From Phoronis australis (lineage: Eukaryota > Animalia > Phoronida), in assembly GCA_002633005.1 (NCBI GenBank), contig NMRA01000387.1:120741-170309 (forward strand): a stretch of 49,569 nucleotides of DNA, in the 5' to 3' direction. A program made the translations under genes and the position numbers. The notes beneath the pieces were generated by a model. It had not been told where the DNA came from. It ran no database searches and was given only the letters and a program-made list of their open reading frames with translations. Position 1 is the first letter of the stretch. Each line of letters starts with the position of its first letter. This document shows positions 35,701-47,700 of this stretch, one piece after another.

Positions 35701-38700
35701 TTTTAAAATACAATTTAATATTCCTAATTACTCGTGATGAAACCATGTAATTAATACACTTCATTAATTACTTCAATGGAAAGATTCACTGTCGCTAGTT
35801 TCATTTGTTTGTGTTTGAAATTTGAAATATCAGCTTGATCCAAATAGTGTTGTGTGTGTCTGTGTATTAAAATATCTAGTACTTAAGGAAGTAGGCTTGA
35901 ATTGCAAAAATTAGTACCCAAGTATCAAAAAGTGAGCTTATTTCACAAACTTTCTGTGAACCAACTGGTTGCGGCGTGATCCAACAAAAACGTACTGTAG
36001 ATGGGTATGCATATCATGCACTTCCCCCACATCTTGGCATAGTGACCTTTTCGCGATTTTTCTCAATCATATGTTCCAAGATCTTTGCTTAATGCCCCAA
36101 GATCACCCTGGAATGTCGTGGTTAGCTTAGCTTGTCCAGTATTTCTGCTTGCACCACCGAAAACGTTCTATTTGTGGGACGGCCTAAAATCGTTCAGTGA
36201 GCTTCATCCAAATATGAATAGATTCAAGAATTTGAACTGACATTTAAATCCTGTTTTAGTCACCAATCTTCAGTACAAGTTACGTATCAAACGAAAAGCA
36301 GGTATGGCTTTTATGAACCGCATTTTTGCCACTGTCGCATATTACCCCTTGCAGTAACCCTGTGGCAGGGGACAGCTTAATCGGTGCACCGCAGACAGCG
36401 CTTTTTTCTACCCCTGCTGCAAAAAAATAATGTAGGTCAATTGTAATTGAGGCTTAAGGTTACTGAGTGTAAATTTGGATCAGAAGAATGTTGCAAGTGT
36501 ATTGCCTTGTGTGTAAACTGTTTACATTTGGGTATAAGCATGTGGGCTTGTTATGGATTGATGGTAAATAACTGTTAAATATGTAGTGGTGGTGATTGCA
36601 TAGCATTGAGTTCTTGGTTCACTACATGACACCTGTGATCGAAAAGTTTTTCATCGCCATTGACGACAGCAAATGCCGAAATGGTGATAAGATATTCTAG
36701 TGAGTTGCCGAATGGCGATTAAAAATGTCTACAAAGTACTGCAGATTTTACCAATAATGGTTTACGTTGCCCTCAGATTAGTTTTTGATGTACAAAATGA
36801 ATGAGTAATGGTTTCGCGTCGTCCCGCGATGAGCCAACCCGTTGTTTAAGCTGATTCGGCTCTACAGAGTGCAGACGATAAGTAACCTGGCAGCGCTCCA
36901 TTTGGAGTGTAGCTGAACTGTTAATAATGTCACGTAGCAAGAGTGTAGAACTGCATGTGAAGTGTCAAGTTTTTGAGTAAGAGAGCAGTTAATTAGTTGT
37001 TCAGCGACTTATCTATTTTATTAAAAGACAATAAACAGAATCACAACGTGCAAATCGCAACAATCGCGACAGTGTGTGTATTGAAGTGTTGAATCTTCGC
37101 TATGCCGTTTTGGTGATCACTTTTGGCACTCCATTGTCATTTGGCTAAACCAAGTGATGTGGACTGTTCGAGCTCTAAACACCCCTACTACTAATAAGCT
37201 CTCGCATGTAGGACCAAGATGTCTACTGCAAGCAGTGGTCATGCCTACGTATGGAAACCAGTTCAGAGAGTTCTGGCGGAGGGGGTGGGGAATTGATGGC
37301 TGGAAGGAGTTTTTGCATAGTAGTCTGAAAAATTCTTAAGAATGTGTATGTTTCTCCATTGCACCTGAGGAGGTGAATTTATTTTTGATTTTAGGAAAAT
37401 GCAGAAGTGAGGTTGGGCTTCAACCCGGGGGTGATTATTATATGGAGGGTGGGCTTGATCTGCAAGTGGGTTCATGGGCTGGATGGGTTTATATGTGGGC
37501 GGGTATGGATTCCTTGACTTACGTCAAATATCATCAATTTTTGACAAATAATTGCTAAAAATTCCCATTCACCGTTTTTCAATGTCATCTAACATTGTGA
37601 TGAAATTAATGCCCACAATTTTTTATGGCAATTGAACGAGGCATAGTGTTTATTTCATGCTACATATCTTTTCTGAAAAAACGAGAATCAAAATAAAATT
37701 TTACTTTTCCACCATAGTGCATCCTTAATTGGTGCTGAGAGTTTACCATAATGTTATCATGTCAAATTTGGATTGGACATCAGTTGATCATCAGTAACAA
37801 AAATCTATGTGACTTTTTTAAGATACAGGGCTTGCTTTCTATCACTGCATTGTCGAGTGGCTTGCACAAAGCTTATGCCCAGTTTCTGTCAGGCGATTAC
37901 CAAAAAGAACTCATGATCGTTTGCTGTTCGAAGCTGCTTTGCGCTTTAATTATCTGTTCACGTCATAATATCAACGCAAATTGACACTCCACCAGAGACC
38001 TGTTCAATAGTGTGGCTGTAAGCTTGGCAAGACCATAGGAAGATGCGAATTGTTTAGTGGCATAGAATTCAACATCAACAAACTTGCCGTTGTGCAGCCA
38101 ACTTGTTGAAATGACAGATTTTGTCTGCCGCCAGCACTTTGCTCTTTTGGCTTTACTTAATTGAGGATGGCGTCACCCATGTAAATGTCCATCAGATTTG
38201 TTTAGTGCCTTCTCTAACAAATCAAATTACAATTAATGTCGGGCTAACTGTGTTACTAGACATGCTGGGCAAAATTATTGTACTGTTCCCAAATATTTTT
38301 GCCAACAATGTGTTGCCACCTATTTGTATGGAAGATGGCAAGAAATAGTCATGTGCGTAGTGACGGTGATCATGCCTCGTCCATCTGAGGCCTTTACCAG
38401 TCATCTTGTAGCATTGTCCATTTGGCAAATACTTATGAACTGTACTGTACAGAGAAACAACAGTTGACAGCTCTTGATAAATTTGGTTCTTATTTTAATT
38501 TCTTGAAATTCAAGCAAATCATTCTGTTATGTATTTTGATAAACATGGTAACGCCTTGCATTGAACAGGCCTCTTTTTGGTGTTGACCTGAAATTGAAAA
38601 AGTGATATATAGGACTCTGTTGTCTGTTGGTAAAACTCCTGCACATGTTACAGTGGCAAGACTCGAAGAAAAGGAGGAAAATAGCAAAAAAGAGTATAAC

Positions 38701-41700
38701 AAGCTCCATGAGAGATATACTGAGGTGAGCGACACTTTTTCTGTATAGTCACTGTGCAAATTTAGCTCTCCATTGCCGAGATGGAAGAGCTCTATGTGTG
38801 ACTTGTCTCATTTTCAAAAGGGTTACTAGGTAACTAATTTGTTGAGCTAAAATTGATGAGAAAAGTAAAGAACAATATATTGCTCGCCACCCTACTTGTT
38901 AACATTGCCAAGCATTGTGCAATTGTCAAACTTCTTTAGCATTTGAAAGACTGATTGCTAAATAATTATAAGGTAACACTGTGATTAGCACCAAGGGCAG
39001 CAGTGGACAACTGGGGGGTACGTCTGCTTCGTTAAAAAACACCCATAAGCGCTAAATACACTCTGCTCCATCAAGAGATGTAGTTTGCTGCTACTTGGAA
39101 TTATCATTCAATGACATGTAATTAATTGGAATCGCTGAAGATATGTTATTATCACCATTGTTATCAGGTAATGCTCAATCTTGTAGGTGGATGACGCTGC
39201 TACCGCTGATAATACCAGCACTGCTGCAATGGTTTTATTAGTTATAACTGTAAATGACACTTGTAGAATATGCTCTCTGTGGTACGTTCCTGGATATTGC
39301 TAGTAGGTTTTTTATTATTATGTAAAACTATGTGTTGGGTAGCAAAATTTGGTGTTTTCACAGGCTTGTGATGTAAAAGGATATTGAACAAACTGTTGCT
39401 TCATATTGCAGCTGTTTAAGACTCATATGGATTACATGGAGCGGACCAAAATGGTTATGGGGGTGGATCGCGGAGACACAGGAATCACTCCACGACAAAA
39501 GTACGTATGTCTCCTGTTTCAATGTGTTTTTGTATCGGTAGACTTTGCTGACTTGGTTGAATTGTAGAATTAATTATTTACAGATGATCTCGCACAGATA
39601 AAACACGAATGCTTGTGACTTCTGTTTTGATTTGTCATTGCTTCTGATTCCGTATTTTGGTTTGTATCTGTTTTACTGGTTACTTTGCCGTTCTTGTTTT
39701 TGTTGTAACTGTGTAATGATTTTCTTTGGATACAACTCTGAGCTGGTTATTTGAGAATAAGCGTCTGAGGATGTTGGGTGGTTCCCATGAATCATGTCAT
39801 GATTTAAAAGTGTTGTAATTTTGTTTTTATTAACTAGTAATAATTGAAATTATATGGTGAAAAGCTGGACTCTTACTTTGAAGCTTTGTTAGCAGTTTTC
39901 TATTTGATTCGTTACCCATCCTCATATTGTACAGGCAGACTAAAATTTTATTGTTTATGCTATGACATTTTTAATCAAATATTAAGCGTAGAACCGGTCT
40001 AACTTCTCTTTGAACACAAGCCATGAAGTTGTTGAATTATAGATCTGTAATTCATTACATCGTACCATTCTCCTACAGTTTAAAATTTCCAGAAATTTCC
40101 ACTATCACGATCTAATCTAGAATCACGCTCGATTAAACTTGTAAAGCAGGCCTTTTGTCACACAAAAGAATCAACAGGTTAAAGTTAAGTCGAATTTCTC
40201 TGAAAGTCTTTTCTCCATTCAAAATTTTTTGGTGAAAGTATTTCATACGACACATCATTCTGCTTCACGACATTAAAAGTCGCTTGCAAATAGTATCTAC
40301 ATCGGTTAGCGTCAGGCACGCTGTTTACAACATAATTGCTTGATTACCTGAGCATCAGATGAAAGCAGACAATAAGAGAGCTGTACTATATAAACATTGG
40401 TTTGCCACTGTCAAACTGATAAGGACACGGCTGTATCCCGACTGGACGATCAGTCAGTTGGGACACTCATTCCATTGCGCGGGTGCGTAACATAAATAAA
40501 TTTGATCCTTTCAGAATTTCTTAATTAAAAACTGTAGTCCTGATTAGAGAGTCAAGTACTGGGCTCCATGGAAGTTTTCAGTAGTCAGTTTCATTGTGAA
40601 CAGCTGATGATAATTGTGTTTCAAGTAATTCCTGAAAGGTTATGGCTTACTTCAGAACATCATAACTCAGAATCAGCTGATTTGATTGATATCAGTGAAA
40701 CTTATGGATACACAGCTTAATGCACTATTCTCAAAAAGGCATTTAGGAAACGTTTTAACAATGTTCCACTGTTGTGTGAGGACTATGATTTTCATGAAAA
40801 ATCAAGTTTACGTGTTGATAAAATGAAGGAAATGTTATTTTGGAAAACTGTAACAGCGTTTTTGATATCTGACCTTGAACGATATATCAAATAAACTTTG
40901 ATGGTGTGATTGATACTGATGTTTTGCTATCCGAATGTACCTTCCTTTTTTGGTAAATTTTACCAAAAAGACATGGTCACGTGACCCAATTAATAATATT
41001 TGGCTAAAAATCCAAAAATCAAATTCCGCTGCCTTTCTACTTTTGGAAAATATATACTTTTAGTGACAGAGTTAAAATCTATACTTTCTAGATATTTCAT
41101 TATTAATTATGCATACTTGTCGATAACGTCCAACCATTTATCTCATCATTTCTCAGTTGTTACAACTTGGCTTTACTTAGAAGACTTGGACGTTTTATAA
41201 TTTGAAGTTTTAATTTTAACTTATTTTGATGATTTCTTTTTGTTCTTCATTTTTAGAGCACAGAACTTTCAGCTTCCAAATTTACGGCCCATCAACCAAT
41301 CAGGAAACATCTTTGGTAATGGGGAGACGCCTACAATAGGGGACGTAACTCCCGACACTCCGTACAGATCAACTCCTGGTGGGAGACGAGAAAGTAATAC
41401 AAACTTGAAGACTGAGCTGCTGAAAAGTCCCGAAGTTGACAATAAACCTCGCAGAGATGCAAACAGGTAATTGTAGCTTGAAACTGTAAGGTTGTATTGA
41501 GTGCTTGCAGATACACAAAGACGAAATATGTTTGCATGAGAAGCGTTCTCTGATGACACTTGTGTAGGCGAATATGGATCATTGGAAAATTCTTCTATGA
41601 TGTGATACTTTTTAAATTGCTAACAAATATCACCCATGAGTCTCACCCTGGGCATGATACAGCTTTGAAAACTAAGAGAAGTTTACCCGCATTGTTTCTG

Positions 41701-44700
41701 TTCTTGAATTCTGACTGATGCAAAATCAAAACTAACCAACCAAACAATACTTGGCATTGAAGCACATACAAAATACTTGGTCCAAAATCATACTCTGGTC
41801 GCATGCATGTGCAATGTGACTGTAACATGGTATGAAGTAATTGAATTTCTTTAAAACCATGAGTCTAATACTGGCGGTCGTTGAATTATAATAATACAGT
41901 GAAGCTTACTTAATGTTACGCTGGATAATAGAATACCGTGCTAATTGTCATGAAATGTCAAAAAAAATGAACCATTTCCCATTAAACCTAACGCATGTAA
42001 TGGCATGATTTATTGTCATATTCTCAGACATTGTCATTAAAAATCAGCAAAATTGATTCTCACCTGCTTATTGGCATATTTACCTTCACTTTTCTGTCTA
42101 AAAATCAACCTAATTCAGTTCAATTGTGTTATCGGAAATTGGCACTAGGGGTAAAAATCAGTTCTTTCCTGAAGAGTTTTCTTACTCTAAGGCAGAACTC
42201 GCTTAATACTGAAATATCTTCTTTATTGTCATAATTAGGTCAGAACCAAGGGTATGACATTAAGCGGACCCCTCTGTAATAATAATAACATTAACAGTCA
42301 CAGTCACAATGATAATAATAATAATAGTAATTATAGTAATAGTAGTAATAGTAAAAGTAATAGTAATAATAATAATAAGTGATAATATTGTAAGTGATAA
42401 TGAAAATCCATTAAATCATGAGATGATTTATTCACAATTTTTATTATTTTGATATCACTTTTTCTGGTCAGGTTGACTGAATGCATTGCTTTCTAGTATG
42501 AAACTGCTTCACTTCTAGAATATGCTGCGGATTGATTTTCCCCACTTTAATAAGCGCGTTTTGTTTCTCAAAAGGAATCCTATGACAAGTACTGGGATCG
42601 GGTCATCCAGTATTTCCACATCTGAGAGAAGTACTTCAAGTAAGTGATGTTAGAAACGTGTCCTAACTGTGTAATCATAGTGTCTAGATCCTTGCTTTAT
42701 GTGTCAGTGACGTGTCACATTTGCATGATTTTTTTATACTCAGTTGACATTTTGTGTGAGTATGTTTTCATAAAAATACAGAAATGGCTCACAATTTTTG
42801 CACCATTCTCTGCATGTAAAATATCTCTTGATATTTGTTTGAATTTTAGACCAAGGTAAATATATTGTATTCTTTTCAATACTTTTTAGTTTTTAAATAT
42901 TTTGTTGAATTCTATTTTTGCATGTTGTTGACTGGGTTATGATAAGGTCAAAAACTTCTAATAAGATGATAATGAAATTGATATGTTTTTATTTAATTAA
43001 TAGTGATGTCGTTGGTTGCATTTATTTTAGGAATTAAATAAAGATTGTTATGATGGCATATTATGGCATCTACTTTAATTTCTGTGCGAGTATTTGACCT
43101 CATGATAGCTCATGATGTATGGTGGTACTATAGGAATGGGACAACCATGTTATCATAAAAAATCTGCGTGTCTTATATTTCCACCATACATTATTATAGT
43201 CATGTGACTAACTTGCATGTTGTGTTTTGATTGTATTTCTGTTGTTTCCTTATTAGAGGAAGACTTGCATAAGTTGGTCCGAGCGACAATAGATGGCTAT
43301 TATTCTGAAAATCAAAATAGCAGTCAGGCATCAAATACTGAGGGTCTAAAAACCAATACGGATATTACCACGGCTAATAGTCGTGTTACAGACACGAACA
43401 ATGACACTACCCGTGATAGCGTCACGGGAACTACAACAGTGAGTAGTCGGACGGGTGTTTCGGAATCCAGTCAGACTCGAGTGCAGGATAACATTGATGA
43501 GGAAGTCCAAACGAGCCTGGAGATTAGCATGAAAGAAGACAAGAAGAAATTGATGGTGTTCAATAGCATGTTAGAGGGAAATGATGAGTTTGAAGAGTCG
43601 ATAGGTGTCGTCGATAGAAAAATAAAAGTAAAGCAAGGTATTGCTAATCATGTGGTGGGAACAAGTTACTGCTTGGTATTGATGCATGGGGTGTTTTCAG
43701 TGTTAAGAATCCTCGAAGCTTGTAGAGCTAGTTGCTATAGAATTGTTTAGTGCTTACTATTTCTGACTGGACTGCGCATATGCTTAGTTTTTACGTGAGA
43801 CAGAAAGATGAAGGTTAAGAATTTACAAGTAACTGTGGTTATTTTTAAGTTCTTAACATTACTACAGCAAAAGGCTGAATGTCATTGAGAAAGTTTGAAA
43901 ATGGCTGTGACATCTTTGTTTCTTTGACTAATTTAGTCATGGTGTTTTGCAAGAAAACTAATCTAGATTTAGAATGTTTATAGACAAAACTTCTGATACA
44001 AACTTGAATTGATTATGGCAAATCTTAATAAAATGTCAAGACTTTGAATGTTTGGATCCTGTTAATTGTTTTTATATTTTACGCTTGCATGTTTGCTGTC
44101 TTAGTTCTTCAATTAATTATTTTTTATTTCTCCTTTTAAGGAGAAATACAACAACTTAAAAGTTGTTTCTAGAACTTGCAGCTTTCTAGTAAGTAAACTT
44201 AAATGTTCATGAAGTCGAATGCAAGTATCATACATTCTGCAAATTTTGGATTGAAAATGTGTAATATATGACTTCTTAAATGCACAGTTCCATATTGTGT
44301 CCAACTGCATCCCCATGCTGTGTGTTATTTAAAGTCTCTAATTCACCCGTTTGGGAATTATTGAGTTGTCAAAAAAGTAGCTTTTGAACCGCTTCTAATT
44401 GGATTTCAACTTGTATGTTCAACTTCGAATAGCAGTGATTTTGATATTCCCAAGAACAAACAGTTTCAAAGTTGCTGAAAACTGGGAACTGAAGGAGTTG
44501 GAATCGTGAGGTTCGTCATGTCATTTGATGACAGAAATGTAATTGGTTTTGTCACTGATCTACAGATGGCACTATTTTTAAAATTATATATCCCACAGTC
44601 TTGGAAGACATGTACATAGATGAAGTAGCTGTTACAATTGATATTGTTCTGTGTCTCGTAACTCTATATAATACTGGCCACCTTTGCGTTGCAGCTCAAA

Positions 44701-47700
44701 AGGACAAGTCAGAATTGGAAATTGAAGAAGATGACGACATGGCAGGGTTTGTAGAGAATTATGCTGTTGTGTGTGTCTCTAGTCTCTACTTGCACCATGG
44801 GGTGTGTTTCATGAAAAATTATTAAGTCAAAAGATTGGGCTTATGCTCCGCACTGTGAAAAATAATTAAATCTCACTTGTGCAAAAGTCCAAAGTCTCTG
44901 AGAATATGAACATAACTTGGTAGTTAGTGAGATAATTTATGCAAATTATTTCTGTATGAAGTCTTAATTCATTTTTTTGTGAAACAGATCCATGAAGGTT
45001 GGTCTATCCAGAAATGTCTTTGGATATTGAACATTCAGTCTATCCAGAAACGTCTTTGGATATTAAACATCAGTATATAATATTCAGAGACAAATACTTG
45101 TCTTTGTCTTTGTGTTGATAGTATTGATTAAATACTTACGTTGTCATTTTTGTCATTCTCCCACAACATCTAAATTTGAATCTCTCACGAAAACTCCGGA
45201 TACCTCGCTTCAAAAGTTTGTCCACGCTTTCAAGCATCACAATTTACTATCAAGTCTGTAACGCACCTGACGATGTACAAGAGTACATGGTATACTTTGG
45301 GCCTATGGCCATATGTATATATTTCAATAAAGAAAATAATATAAAATAATACACATGAACATCAGAGAGCTGCTGTGTGCCATCTTCTCTTAAAAAAACT
45401 TTTTATCGACACCACTTACCGTTGGTCTCAATTTGCTCCTTGGTTCGATTAAAAGTGACTTCTGCGTTGTGGCAGAACTGAGGTTAGTGTGCAACTGGTT
45501 CTACCCAAGCCGAGAGATTTTCCAATTTGAGTAATGAGCAAGCTGAGACCTATATTGCGTACAACAGTCCAAAGGTCATTTTTTGTTGAAAGTTGGGTTT
45601 ATAGCAGTTATTTCAAAGAGGTCCTTCATCACGGATTATCTTTTAAGCAGTAAGTGAGTGATTAAGGCTGTTGTGGAGTTTTCATTTGTTTCGTTTTGGT
45701 GTGGTATTTAATGTGCAAGCACTTGTTTCAGCGATGAATCAAAGAACATGTCTATTTACGATGAGCTGGCCTATGAAGACTCTAGCGCTATCGGTGAAAT
45801 TGATGATGGTGTCGATATAACAGGTACTGGGGGGTGGGCTGTCAAAACTCTTTTATTGCCTTTTCGTTAAATTTTCAGCTTTGAACAAGCTGCAAGGTGA
45901 GATTGAGAGCATATCCGTGACAGATATACAGGTTAGACGCCATAGGTTTTTATGTGTCCTATTTTTGTGTTTATGATTGAAAGCGTCATCCTGCTGCGTT
46001 GAAGGAGAGGAGATTTGATTTCCCAATGGTATAAATTTTACAATAAATCAACTACCATTACCACAGCCTATCTTTGAAGTAACACATGCGGTAATTCTCC
46101 ACTTGTTTCGCACAAAATAAATTAAAACCATTTTGCTGATAGTCAGGGTGTGCCAAATATAAAGACTTTGTAGTTGACATTTGTGTGTAATCAAATAAGT
46201 AACCAAGCATTGCTAACTGGCTGTGTGTGAATGTATCAGAACGCCACCTATGGGTCAGCAGAATGAAGTGGGTATGCTAAATGAGTGTAGAATTACTGTA
46301 CATTCACTAATGGCACGGAAACATATCTTTGAAGTAACCAAAATTTGTATGTTTAATACTGGGTTTCAGACATGCCGTTTTTCTTTTATCTTTGAACACT
46401 GTGTTTAGAGTTCTAACAAAATGTGATGTTACAGGGCGTCTGTGCACTCCTGGCGACTATTCATCTGGTAATGACCTTGTAACTGTTGTAGACACATCTT
46501 GGTTTACACATCACCAATTTGTTTTGTCCTAGCTTTCGATATTTTTTTCATTTTTCAATATATGCAGCTCTCTGCATGATCTGTAGTGTCCATCAAACCA
46601 CTATTTCGATTCTTTTTTCCCCGAAGCCCTTCTCTTGGACACTTAATGAAATTCACTGCTGTTGATAAGTTTGTCTGAATTTTATGTTTTCTTTTAGCAT
46701 TCGCTTTGTATGATGCTATGTTTTTGTGTAATACTTCTTGTAATTAACATTAACTGATTCGTCATCTCACATGTTAATATTCAAAAATTACATCCAGCTT
46801 TCATAATTTTCTCTAATTCTTACTGGTTCTTCATTCTGAGTGACTGTTTAGTTAGTGTCTTAGTGTTCACATGTTTCAATGCATGAATTAACACTTTTTG
46901 GGTGAATACGTCACATTAGATGTCTTGCCGAAAATTGGTCCTGAGACACCATTATATTAAAGTAATGTTTCGCGTATTTCTGCTTTCAAAGGCAAAGCTA
47001 CTGGCAATACCCATTGACAAGGCATTTTGTCGTCAGCTGATTGATGTATTTAACCCATGCCTGAATGCGTAAGATGATTGGTCTATGTCAGTCATTTGAT
47101 AGTGGCAAAGACTTACCATGTGATGTGTGTTACCTCTCTTATTTATTCTTTAATGAGGCATTGGACTCCGTTTGGCTTACCGAAAGTTTTTTGTTGCAAC
47201 TAGATCGTGTGGGAAATGTTTGACAAAGGTTTTTTTTCAACAACTCGGAGAAAAATTATTCTTGATGCAAATAGCCATTAGGGGGAGCTGGGCAGTATGA
47301 ACACACGGGCGGTTTTGCTGATTGATCTGCTGTGTAGTAAGCAATGCGGGAATTACCTTCATTAAATAAAATCTGAGAACATATTACGTAACCATGTAAG
47401 ATATTTGTATCACACCCATTTCGGTTTTTATGGAACTGCAAAGCCATAATAAAGGCTGGCTTATCAACTGAATACATTGTTACTGCTTTTCAATATTTGC
47501 CAAAAGCTATTCATTTGACTGTGACTTGTTAGTTGTCGAAATTATCTTTGCCCACCGCAAGTGACCTCATGGTGTCAATGAACTCCGAGGCCGGAAAATT
47601 TCACTTTGTCCGTTATCTTGACTCCAAACATTTACATTCAACCCCATGGTCTAATCTCTGAATTCAGACTCAACTTAGGATTCGGACTAAAAAGTTAACC

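Noticed and set aside
46698-46707. Extra JIP microexon (ttttag|cattcgcttt|gtatga)
   Set aside because: 10 nt is not frame-preserving and there is no homology support
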